NCBI GenBank assembly: GCA_950097015.1
Contig: CATNEN010000029.1
Location: 5,580,001-5,644,000, forward strand
Direction of reading: 5' to 3'
Origin: Macrostomum hystrix
Taxonomy: Eukaryota; Animalia; Platyhelminthes
Length of the DNA: 64,000 nucleotides
Notes under the pieces: model-generated
The model's database searches: none
What the model was told of the DNA's origin: nothing
What the model saw: only the letters and a program-made list of their open reading frames with translations
Made by a program: the position numbers and the translations under genes
Part shown: positions 49,317 through 60,340 of the stretch, piece by piece
Numbering within the stretch: the first letter of the stretch is position 1
Layout of the letters: the number at the start of each line of letters is the position of its first letter

Positions 49317-51039
49317 CTAGCTGCCTTCGCTACCCTCTGGGTAGCCTCCCTGTGAGTTCTTATCAGTACGCGCGTGCGTTATCAAAACTGGCTCTGATGC
49401 AATCATTAAATTTGGCACTGGAGGCCTCACTGTGCACAAGCTGAAAACAAGAATGCATTAGAAAAGCCTATTTAAAACAGTTTTTCGAATATTTAATCCC
49501 CTTGCCAATGGAATTAAGCTTAATAAAATTACGTGTACCGATTCCGGCCCATTTGTGATCTTTTGGCGAAGGAATTGCGAAAATCGGTTGAGCCGTTCGG
49601 GAGCTAGTCGATTGCAAACATACAAACATACAAACAAGATTTTCATTTTTAGTATATTACTAGCTGCCTTCGCTACCCTCTGGGTAGCCTCCCTGTGAGT
49701 TCTTATCAGTACGCGCGTGCGTTATCAAAACTGGCTCTGATGCAATCATTAAAATTGGCACTGGAGGCCTCACTGTGCACAAGCTGAAAACAAGAATGCA
49801 TTTGAAAAGCCTATTTAAAACTGTTTTTCGAATATTTAATCCCCTTGGCAATGGAATTAAGCTTAATAAAAATACGTGTACCGATTCCGGCCCATTTGTG
49901 ATCTTTTGGCGAAGGAATTGCGAAAATCGGTTGAGCCGTTCGGGAGCTAGTCGATTGCAAACATACAAGCAAGCAAGATTTTCATTTTTAGTATATTAGA
50001 CTAGCTGCCTTCGCTACCCTCTGGGTAGCCTCACTGGAGTTCTTATCAGTTCGTTATCAAAACTGGCTCTGATGCAATCATTAAAATTGGCACTGGAGCC
50101 TCACTGCGCACAAGCTGAAAACAAGAATGCATTAGAAAAGCCTATTTGAAACAGTTTTTCGAATATTTAATCCCCTTGGCAATGGAATTAAGCTTAATAA
50201 AAATACGTGTACCGATTCCGGCCTATTTGTGATCTTTTGGTGAAGGAATTGTGAAAATCGGTTGAGCCGTTCGGGAGCTAGTCGATTGCAAACATACAAG
50301 CAAGCAAGCAAGATTTTCATTTTTAGTATATTAGAAGATAGACTAGCTGCCTTCGCTACCCTCTGGGTAGCCTCACTGGAGTTCTTATCAGTTCGTTATC
50401 AAAACTGGCTCTGATGCAATCATAAAAATTGGCACTGGAGCCTCACTGTGCACAAGCTGAAAACAAGAATGCATTAGAAAAGCCTATTTAAAACTGTTTT
50501 TCGAATATTTAATCCCCTTGGCAATGGAATTAAGCTTAATAAAAATACGTGTATAGTTGTCCCCATATTTGGCATCTTTTGGTGAAGAAATGGTGAAAAT
50601 TGGTTGAGCCGTTCGGGAGAAAATCAATTACGAACAAGCAAGCAAGATTTTCATTTTTAGTATATTAGACTAGCTGCCTTCGCTACCCTCTGGGTAGCCT
50701 CACTGGAGTTCTTATCAGTTCGTTATCAAAACTGGCTCTGATGCAATCATTAAAGTTGGCACTAGAGGCCTCACTGTGCACAAGCTGAAAACAAGAATGC
50801 ATTAGAAAAGCCTATTTAAAACTGTTTTTCGAATATTTAATCCCCTTGGCAATGGAATTAAGCTTAATAAAAATACGTGTACCGATTCCGGCCTATTTGT
50901 GATCTTTTGGCGAAGGAATTGTGAAAATCGGTTGAGCCGTTCGGGAGCTAGTCGATTGCAAACATACAAGCAAGCAAGCAAGCAAGATTTTCATTTTTAG
51001 TATATTAGACAAGATTTTCATTTTTAGTATATTAGAAGA
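49317..51039 (-). mobile_element. Five tandem mini-Helitrons (49317-49659, 49660-50000, 50001-50342, 50343-50669, 50670-51039)
   Basis: Each has a 3' hairpin GCTACCC-AGA-GGGTAGC, 8 nt, then CTAG. The 5' half is homologous to the large family (CTCCCGAACGGCTCAACCGATTTT, TTAAGCTTAA). The array ends at target A|TC (51040). Confidence 0.88.
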
Positions 51040-51447
51040 TTATAGTATAAGTAACAATATTTCATATGGCTGTGCAGCTGTTTGAAACTTAGAAGAATTG
51101 GTTGGGTTAGAAATCATGTTGGGTGTCCATGGACTGATTAGCTGTACACAGCCTTTGTTTTTGTTTTGGCTAGACACAGATTGTTTTCAAATCTGTTACT
51201 GCCAATGAGTCGCAGGCGCATGGATTATCTGAGTGCCCAGCTTCATAGTTGGGCCTGAAGCACAAACCAGAAAGCAAATCTTCTCTGAACCTCTGCCCCC
51301 CCTGCATCGACTTTCCATCCAATCAGTGAAGCTCTAGGCGTTCAGAACCTCTAACGGAGCGAGGGAATGAGGCGACTTCGGAAGCAGAAAACCGCGGGGA
51401 CAGGCAATAAAATTGACAAAGATCAATTTGAATACCCAGGCATTGCC

Positions 51448-52470
51448 ATGCAGTCAGTCATTCTCGCAGTTCTTGTAGCGGCATCGCTGCCCAACGCTCT
51501 GCTTTCGCACAACACAACCAACAGCAGCAGCTTGGAGGCCGCAGTCGGCCAGTTGATGGAAAATCTTTCATCGACAATCGTTGAACAGGTGGATAATACG
51601 GATTCCAATTTCCGATCGTCAGGCGGTGGTCGCCGAATGTACACCGCCAGCAGTAGCGCGGGCCAATCAGCGGCGGCCGCCTTTGCCGCAGCTGCCGGCG
51701 CTGCCGCGGTGGCCGTCGTCGGAGCGGTCGCCTGCGCTGCCGCTCTGGCCGGACTCAGGTGGCGACTGCGGCGGCTGCTGACGTGGCATCGGAGGCGAAA
51801 TCGGCGACGTCGACGATTTCAGAGTCACGACTCGACGGAGGCTGACAAAGCCGACAACGATGACGATGAGAGCAGCGAGTACGAATTTGAGGAGGACGAT
51901 GGCGATGCTGAAGCTCGGGGCGCGGAGGAGGAGCCGTTGCTGATGTTGCAGCAGCACCAGACAACTCCAGGAACTTCGCCACCGCAAAATTCCTTATCAG
52001 ACGCCGACTGTCGACAGTGGCCAATGACTGTCGACAACGATGCTGACGTCATTGCCATCCAGAACGTCGATAACTTGCACCAGAACTCGGTGATTCGCAG
52101 AAACGACGGAGCCGTGGTCTGCATCGGCTGCGGTGCCGCTGTGGAGCTCAGCGACACGGACGACGAAGATTCCGCCTCGACTGCGCAGCCTTCAACGCGG
52201 CTGCGTCGCCGGGAGCAGCCGCAGGCGTGGACGCTCTTCGATGCTGGCTGGCGAGTGCCGAAGAAGCGGCAATGCACCTGCGCGCAGATTCCCACCGTGT
52301 CGCTGACTGCTTCCCTGGCAGCTCCGACTGGACCGGTCGGCGACCGCCGCTACTCAGCCACCGCGGCAGCTGTTGCGAATGCCTCCCCTGCGGCGGTGAC
52401 AGTCGACTCCGCGTTTGTTGAGAATTTAAGACTTCACGACAAGCTATCTGAAGCTATTTCATTTTTCTAA
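51448..52470 (+). CDS. Unknown single-pass membrane protein (signal peptide, short N-glycosylated ectodomain, Ala-rich TM, basic then acidic cytoplasmic tail)
   Basis: Long GC-rich ORF (track 51367-52470). The likely start MQSVILAVLVAASL follows an acceptor-like CCCAG. NTT/NSS/NLS sequons, a hydrophobic AAVAVVGAVACAAALAGL stretch followed by an Arg run. Confidence 0.6.
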   Translation: MQSVILAVLVAASLPNALLSHNTTNSSSLEAAVGQLMENLSSTIVEQVDNTDSNFRSSGGGRRMYTASSSAGQSAAAAFAAAAGAAAVAVVGAVACAAALAGLRWRLRRLLTWHRRRNRRRRRFQSHDSTEADKADNDDDESSEYEFEEDDGDAEARGAEEEPLLMLQQHQTTPGTSPPQNSLSDADCRQWPMTVDNDADVIAIQNVDNLHQNSVIRRNDGAVVCIGCGAAVELSDTDDEDSASTAQPSTRLRRREQPQAWTLFDAGWRVPKKRQCTCAQIPTVSLTASLAAPTGPVGDRRYSATAAAVANASPAAVTVDSAFVENLRLHDKLSEAISFF

Positions 52471-52499
52471 CTTTATTAGACCGATGTTGCTCAATGGAA

Positions 52500-52940
52500 T
52501 CATGAGTAGCTTAATAGAATATTGAGCATAGCAATATGATCTTGAATAGAGCAATGGGATCTTGAGTATAGCAATGGGATTTTTAGTATAGCAATGGGAT
52601 CTTGAGTATAGCAATGGGATCTTGAGTAGAGCAATGGGTACTTAAGTAGAGCAATGGGATCTTGAGTATAGCAATGGGATCTTGAGTAAGTAGAGCAATG
52701 GGTACTTAAGTAGAGCAATGGGTACTTAAGTAGAGCAATGGGATCCAGAGTAGAGCAATGGGATCCAGAGTAGAGCAATAGGTACTTAAGTAGAGCAATG
52801 GGATCTTAAGTAGAGCAATGAGATCTTGAGTAGAGTAATGGGATCTTGAGTAGAGCAATGGGATCTTAAGTAGAGCAATGGGATCTTGAGTAGAGCAATG
52901 GGATCTTAAGTAGAGCAATGGGATCTTGAGAGGATCAATG
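52500..52940. repeat. 20-bp minisatellite (AGTAGAGCAATGGGATCTTG)n
   Basis: Visible array about 30 nt after the stop codon. Related to the 12-kb array. Confidence 0.93.
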
Positions 52941-53799
52941 GGATTTCAAGTATATATTGTAATCTAGAGCTTGAAAAATAGTTCTGTGTTTTCCCATTCT
53001 ATTGTTTCCCAATGTTGATATGTTTCAAACCATCAGTTTGCCTCACATTCCATCTGATGGTTGGTCTATAAGCTCTATATTTTTGTCGGCCAACAAGAAA
53101 TAAAGGGCAGTCTGAGACCAGCTCTTCAGTGACAACGGCACTCAGATTTTCGAGATTAATTAATTCATTAATCAACCAGGCGCAGAACACGGCATTAAGC
53201 TAATCCCAGCTAGTAAAGATATCGGATTAGTAAAGATCCCAGACCTATTTCAGCAACCCTAGAAGAACCTTGCTAAACACGTTAGCAACCAAAGAGACGA
53301 AACCGTACAAGCACGACAATGGGATTGAATGTCCGCCTTGAGAATGTTCAGTTCAGTTTTTTCTTAATTTGGAGGGATCGATTCGCCACGAGCGATAGAG
53401 GGAAATAGAAAAAAATGGAAAGAAAAACCGCAGGGCTACAGTCGCGGCGGAGATCGCATTGCAGTTTTTTTTCCGTATATTTCCTTGTTTTCACTTGAAC
53501 CCTGTGCCGCGCTACGAGTGGAAGGCGGGCTGGGGGTGGTGGGTGGGGTTGCTGAGTCCGAGGTCCCCGCGAGTTTGTTTGGCCTTGGCACTCGGCGACG
53601 GAACGAAGCTCAGGGCTTAGAGACTGAGCAGGATAAGGAGTAGAGCGACTCCCCGGCTCACTGAGGCGTGCACTGGGGGGGGGGACATTCTCCTCTCGAA
53701 TTTCCCATTTCCTATTACTCAGTCTAAAGCCTCTGGTCTGACCCCCAGAACCAACTGTGAGGCTGCTGGGCGATCTTCGCTTCATAGGCCTGCCCTGTT

Positions 53800-54510
53800 T
53801 GTCTGTTTGTCTGTCTATCTGTGGATTTAGGCATCCAGTAGATCCATTTATCTATTTGTTGATCTAGCATCTATCTGTAGATCCTTCGGTTTATCTGTCC
53901 AGCAATCTGTAGATTTATCTGCCTGTAGATGTATCTATCTATCTGTAGATCCATCGGTTTATCTGCCCAGCAATCTGTAGATTTATCTGCCTGTAGATGT
54001 ATCTATCTATCTGTAGATGTATCTATCTATCTGTACATGTATCTATCTATCTGTAGATGTATCTATCCATCAGATGTATCTATCTATCTACCTGTAGATA
54101 TATCTATCTATCAGATGTATTTATATATCAATCTGTAGATGTTTGTATCTATCTATCTGTAGATATATATATATATATATGTAGATGTATCTATCTATCT
54201 CTCTATAGATGTATCTAACTTATCTGTAGATGTATCTAACTTATCTGTAGATGTATCTAACTTATCTGTAGATGTATCTATCTATCTGTAGATGTATCTA
54301 TCCATCTGTAGATCTATCTATCCATCTGTAGACTTATTTATCCATCTGTTGATGTATCTATTCATCTGTAGAAATGTCCAATTGTAAATATATTTACCTG
54401 CAGATCTATGAAGTCTTAAAAAAACATCGAAATAATTGAACTCTGTAGATTTATCTATCCAAATCTAGATCTGTCAGTCTATAGATGCATCTGTGCATCT
54501 GTACATCTAT
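53800..54510. repeat. Compound (ATCT)n/ATCTGTAGAT low-complexity repeat
   Basis: Visible. Confidence 0.85.
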
Positions 54511-55254
54511 CTATCAATCTGGAGATCTCTCCCATTGATCTGCAGGTCCATCTGTCCATCCTAAGGCCAATCTGTCCCTGCTGTGGCCCAAACAGCAGGG
54601 ACAGGCCCTGCAGCTTGCAGAGAACTGAATTCGTGACAAATCCGCGTGTAAGGGACACTCCACCATGACCCTTAGCCTCACAATGAAACCATTGGGCCGC
54701 AAGTCCGGCTGTCCTACTCTCCCCCTACCCCACTAAGCAAGAAAACTCGCCCCAGCAACTCAATGAGAATCGAGAAGACCCTCTTCATCATCATCTTCGT
54801 CTCCAATGGCATCGATTCAAACTTGCTAGAGAAGAATAGACTGACTTATGAGCGAGAGTGGGGCTGCGTGAGAAATTCTTCATTTTGTCACTGTCCATCC
54901 TGCGCTTCTCGCTGTATATAGTAAGGCATCTCATTAGGCTTCTCACGGCGAGACACGGCCCAGATCTAGAGAAAAATAAACTGCAACTCACGCCAAGTTG
55001 AAAAAAACGGTGACCATGTATTGAATACACAGGCTCGGGTGCTAAGCCTGGTCTCCTCTAGGAGAGGAGGTTATGCTTTTTCATGACCAGTTTTCACATT
55101 GCAACCTGCTTTCCGTTTCCGTTTCAAAGAGGGGGCATGCTTTGTCTTATTCTTCTGACTCCACCACCTCGGGCCGATATTTAATTTTCAAAATCCAATT
55201 TTCCCACACTAAAAGTACTTTTCTGAGCAGCCACTCGTCATTCAGTGAGACAGT

Positions 55255-55285
<31 letters not shown>

Positions 55286-55595
55286 TCAATTTCGCCGCCG
55301 GAACAATCTCCCAACCTCGATTTCTTGGGCTCCCAATTATGCGACAAGCCTCAAGAGACAGTCACGCTTGGCCAAAGAAAGTGGAGCAGAGAATTCTGAA
55401 AATCACTCGCAATTATCAATCCAGCCAATGGATTTTGTTTCCCTTTTATGCGACCATTGCCGATTGATCGCAATTGAAAGCTTTGGCGTGTGAATAGCTA
55501 TCGGATCACGCAGAGATAGATAGAGTTCGAGAGTTCTTGGCTTAGGAACTCTCAGTTTTTCTGCAACGATTTAACTGCAGAATTCAATTCAGTAC

Positions 55596-56783
55596 ATGCA
55601 AAGCAAGGTGAGTCAACCGCACCAAGCTTGCGTTTATCAAATATGGATCGTTAGCGAATATACATTCCCTTCACGTACAGTTGCTTTGGGCTTAGAAATA
55701 GATAAAGAACTGGTTCTCTTATCAGCTGGTGGTCTTAAAAATTTTTGGCCATAGACACTAAATTGCTTGCTTTGGGCCAGACTGGAATTGGTGTGTCTAC
55801 GTGGTGAGCAGTGCATGCCAGTTTCAGAGGTTAAAAGTCTGCGCAAAACACATTAGTTGGTTTTTAACGCAGGTCTACAGTCGGCTATAGTCAGCCGCTA
55901 AACTAAACTAAACTCTAATTTCAGCGCGTTTCTTGATCGACCATCGATGTCTTGGGGAGTGAGTTTAACATTTGTATTTGATTATTCTATTTTAGATTCT
56001 AGATTTATATTTTCATAAAAGTTATAAAACAGGCAGGTAAATAATAGAAGAATAGTTAGAAACCATTAAACTAAACCCAGCTGGGCCAGGTGAAGTTTCT
56101 CATTTATCATTATTTCCTCATTTTTTATCTCGAATCACTACGTCACGCAATTCTATGCTACTCACTGGACTAAGTAGTATTATGCGATTGTTTTCATTAA
56201 ATTCAACTCGCAGGGTCACCAAAATCATCACCATCATCACGGCGGTGGACATCTGCCGCCGCCGCCGCCTCCGCTAGGCCACGGAGGCCATCACCAGCAT
56301 CATCAGCACGGCCCCTTTCCGGTTCCCGACCCATTTCCGCACCACCACCACAACCACCCGCCACCAATCTGCGGCCCGATGCCGCCGCCTCCAAACTGCG
56401 GCCCGCTGCCGCCGCCTCCGAACTGCGGTCCGCTGCCGCCGCCTCCAAACTGCGGCCCGCTGCCGCCGCCTCCAAACTGCGGCCCGCTGCCGCCGCCTCC
56501 AAACTGCGGCCCGCTGCCGCCGCCTCCAAACTGCGGCCCGCTGCCGCCGCCTCCAAACTGCGGTCCGCTGCCGCCGCCTCCAAACTGCGGTCCGCTGCCG
56601 CCGCCTCCAAACTGCGGTCCGCTGCCGCCGCCTCCAAACTGCGGCCCGCTGCCGCCGCCGCCAGGGCCCTACAATCCAGGAGTCGGTGGCGGCAACCCCA
56701 TCGGCGCCTGCCCGCCGCCGCCTCCGCCAATCGGATGTCCGCAGCCGCCGTATCCATCTGCTTCGGGCACAACGCCCTGGTGA
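55596..56783 (+). CDS. His/Pro/Cys-rich repeat protein (predicted exons 55596-55607 and 56214-56783)
   Basis: ATG CAA AGC AAG|GTGAGT joins acceptor CTCGCAG|GGT in phase 0. Gives MQSK|GHQNHHHHHGGGHLPPPPPP...(PPPPNCGPL)x10...GTTPW*. The terminal exon is well supported; the first exon is less certain. Confidence 0.6.
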
Positions 56784-57015
56784 AGCCGCTTTACTGCAGT
56801 GAGATATATGCAGCAGATTTTACACTGACAAGTTAAACAGAGCTGGGGACTTAATAATTTTGGGAACTTACTAAAAACTCTCTTTGGTTTTTACTTTTCA
56901 AGAAAGAAAATTATTTGTTTATTTGTTTATTTGTTTATTGTTATTTATATTGCTTAATTATTGCGCCGACGAATAGTCTTGTACAATATAATTCTTAAAT
57001 TGTATTTTTAAAGAT

Positions 57016-59137
57016 CTTGGATGAGCAATTGTGGAACGCCGTGTTCTTTGAGCAGCCATGCAATGGCCGGCCTGCTGATGGAATCAAACGCTTTGCGGAA
57101 GTCGACGAAAACGATGGATGCCGACATCTGTCGCGTCCTGCAGGCTTCGACCACGCAGCGGATGGCAGCCACCTGCTCAGAGGTCGAGCGGCCAGGGCGG
57201 AAACCACTCTGGAGGTGAAGAAGCCGCTGATTGATAGTGGGCAGCAGGCGGTTGCGCAGGACGATGTTCAGGACTTTAACCAGCGTGCACTCGAGGGCAA
57301 TGCCGCGGAGGTTGTCGAGGCTGCTGGAGCTTCCTTTCTTGGGTATGGCGATGATCTTGGATATCCTCCAAAGAGCCGGAGCTCGGGCTGTGGGATCACC
57401 TCCCAAGGGGCAGGAGCGGTTGAGAATACCCGTGAGAACAGGCAGCAGCTCGGGAAGCTTGAGGACGCGCGGCGGGATTTCGTCAACTCCTGCGGCGGTA
57501 TCGGATCTCATTGTCTGCAGGGCTTTCTTCACCTCTGCAGAGCGGATAGGAGCGCAGTCGAAGGTGCCGTCGGGAATGGGCAAGAGGCCTTCAAGAGGCG
57601 GGAGCAGGGGGTCGGGCGCGTCGGCGTTGAGGACGCCTTCGAAATGGTCAGCCATCATCTGCTTGCGCTCTTCTTGGGAGTTGGCAGGGATGATAGCCTT
57701 CGGTGTGGCGCGACGGCCCGTCAGACGGTTGATGGCCCGCCAGGCGGCCGCAGGGCGACAGTTGTCCGTGGCCGCCTGGATCTCGGTGAGCGCCTCTTGG
57801 GTTGCGAGCTCGGCAGCGATGCGGTGAGCGTCTCTCAGGGTGTCGGTCGCCGCTGTTGCCTGCTCACTACCGGCGCCGTGTCTGGCAACCGTTGCTTGGA
57901 CGAGGCTGCGGGCTCGAGTGACGCTGGGGTCGGAGGTCCAGCGGGCGCTTGATTGGCGAGACTGGCGTTTGGGCAGCGATGCAGTGGCAGCAGAGGCTAC
58001 TGCCGTCGCAAGCTCGTTGAAGCTGCTGTTTAGAGTGAGCCCGGCGGCAAACAGTTGGTTAAGGAAGGCTGCTTTAGTCTCAGTCCGGGCCAGGGCAGCC
58101 CAGTAGGGTGGTGCCGTGGGGCGACGGAACCTCTGCCACCGATGATCGAAGTGGCAGCAGACGAGGGCATGGTCGGAGGGGACGCAGTGCAGCACGATAC
58201 TCTGAGCAGCGCGGAGTCGGGAGCGGGAGGCGGCTGGACACAGGATCCAGTCTAGCCTCGTCGTACGGCTGTTTGGACCCCGGAAAGTCGGAAGAGCGTT
58301 GAGGCGCTGGCGGAAATAGCCGTTTGCAGCGAGCAAATTGCGAGAAGCCATGAAAGTTGACAGGTGTGGAGTGTTGGCATTTGGAGTGCCGCACCTGTTT
58401 CTCACCAATTGGCCGTCCACCGGGAGAGGCGCGTTGAAGTAGCCGGCGATGAAGTAGAGGTCCCTGGAGGCGAGGTGGTCTAGCTGGTGGCCCAGTTGAT
58501 CGTAGAATTGAAGGGTGGTGGTGGCATCCACGGTGGTAGCCGGGGCAGTGGGGGCGTAGACACAGAGGACATGAAGCCGGCGATCTGAGATGGCAAACGA
58601 TGCATGACCGATGCGATCAGAGATAAAGCTGAGGCTTAACAGAGAGCGGTTTGCCAGCGGCGAGAGCAGGAAACCGATTCCGCCGATGGCCTGGTCAGAA
58701 GCTGCAGCTGATTTGAAGAACCAGCCATTGCCAAGGTCGATGTCCAGGTTGGCAGTCCTGCGGTGTTCTTGAATAGCTACGATGGAGACAGAGAGATCGA
58801 TTGCTGCTTTAGCAAGCTCAAGGAGCCTCCATTGGTTAGAGAGAGTGCGTGCATTGAATGTGGCAATGGACAGAGAGTTTAGCAGTTTCCGACCCTGAGG
58901 CTGCTGTCTGGGGTTGTTGGCGCTGGCGTTGGTGTCAATATCAGGCAGGTGTGTAGTGCGGGGTGCTGGCGGTGGAGTTGCCAGCACTCGAGGCTCCGGC
59001 TGGGCAAGCCGCGAGTCCTTGTGGCGGTCTACGTGGCGGAGGCGGGCGAGAGCCCGCAGCTCTTTGCGTCGAGCATTGAACCGCTGCTGGCGACGTTCAG
59101 CAGCAGCAGCGCTCCGCCTTCCGCGGTGGGTGGCCAT
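57016..59137 (-). CDS. LINE ORF, N-terminal part: APE endonuclease and RT subdomains to DFRKAFDS
   Basis: ATFNARTL, IAIQEHR, VYAPT, GYFNA (GDFN variant), LDWIL, SDHALV, KKG...LRGIAL, QSGFRPGRST, FVDFRKAFDSI. Truncated at PQLLIQ. Confidence 0.92.
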
Positions 59138-60340
59138 CTTAGTAGCCGCACGCTCCAGAGGAGGGCGACTCCGTTAGCCCGTGGCCCGCGCCGGTGCCGG
59201 ACGGTGGCCTCCTTACTTTTACTCCAGCGGAGTGAAAAATAAGGTGCTGCAGCGAAAAATAAGGTGCTAACTGAAAAATAAGGTGCTAACTGAAAAATAA
59301 GGTGCTAACGAGGTTTCCACAATTGCTCATCCAAGCAGTGATGGACCTTTACACCGACTCCAGTGCTTTTATTCAGACTGCAGACGGGCCCACGACCGAG
59401 TTCGCTACCACCTCTGGTGTTCTTCAAGGAGACACCCTTTCTCCTTTTCTTTTCGTGATGGTCATGGACTTCGTTCTCAGGCGCGTCCTACGCGACGACG
59501 ATGGCTTCATGGTCACCCGCAGGCGTAGTGCCCGGCTCCCCTGCGTCCGCCTGACCTGCCTCGCCTATGCCGACGACGTCGCCCTGACCTGCTGCGACCC
59601 TGACGCAGCCCTGAGAGCGGTCTGTCGCCTGGCCGAGGAAGGCAGGAGAGTCGGGCTTCACATTAACTACAACAAGACGGAGGTCCTGCACATGGGCACA
59701 GCAACCGCCCCACCACTCCAACTTCCAGACGGCAATGTCATCAACACCTGCCAGGACTTTAAGTACTGCAAAGGTGTGCAAATTTTGGACGCCAACGCCA
59801 TCATCGAATACCGCAAGCAACAGGCCTGGCGCGCCCTCCACCTTCTGCGTACCATCTTTGACTCTACTGCCTCCGACGTCCTGAAGATCGGCCTCTTCCG
59901 CTCAGCTGTCGAATCCGTCCTTGCATATGGCCTCGAAGCAGTGCCGATGACGCCTACCCGTGAGGCTGCCCTGGAGGCGTCTCACCGACACCTGCTGAGG
60001 TCGGCGCTTGGCATCCGCTACCCTGAGACTGCGAGCAACGCCGAGCTGACCGCGAGAGCCCGTGTGCCCTCCTTCGCTCGTTCCCTGCAAAGGCGTCGGC
60101 AAATGCTGGCCGGCCACTGCCTGCGGGCTCATGCGAGGGGTGCGGGCCCGCAGCTCGCGACCCTTCTGCTCAACCCGCCCAGTGAAGGCCTTCGGCGTGG
60201 ACAGGGCCGTCGCGTGACTCTACTTGATTGCCTTTTAACTGACTTGCAGAGTCTTGGCTTCTCCCCTCAGGCTGCTGCCAGGGCTGACTCCCGCGTTTTT
60301 CGGCAGCGTGTGTTCGCTGCAGCGTCCGTTATTATTATTA
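57019..60340. mobile_element. RTE-like non-LTR retrotransposon with inverted 5' two-thirds
   Basis: TSD TTAAAGATCTT at 57008-57018 and 60341-60351. (ATT)n tail. The 5' part lies on the minus strand and the 3' part on the plus strand. Confidence 0.9.
59315..60330 (+). CDS. LINE ORF, C-terminal part: remainder of RT
   Basis: Resumes at PQLLIQAVMDLY. Contains GVLQGDTLSPFLF, LAYADDVAL, GLHINYNKTE and KYCKG (YLG-equivalent). Confidence 0.92.

Noticed and set aside
54846-54911. Possible 66-nt minus-strand exon (EKRRMDSDKMKNFSRSPTLAH)
   Set aside because: Splice signals are plausible, but no linked exons or recognisable domain were found.
59135-59235. HDV-like self-cleaving ribozyme in the LINE 5' UTR (known for some RTE/R2 elements)
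   Set aside because: GCUAA and CCUCCUC motifs are present, but I could not assemble consistent P1/P2/P3/P4 pairings by hand. It needs an RNArobo/Infernal search.
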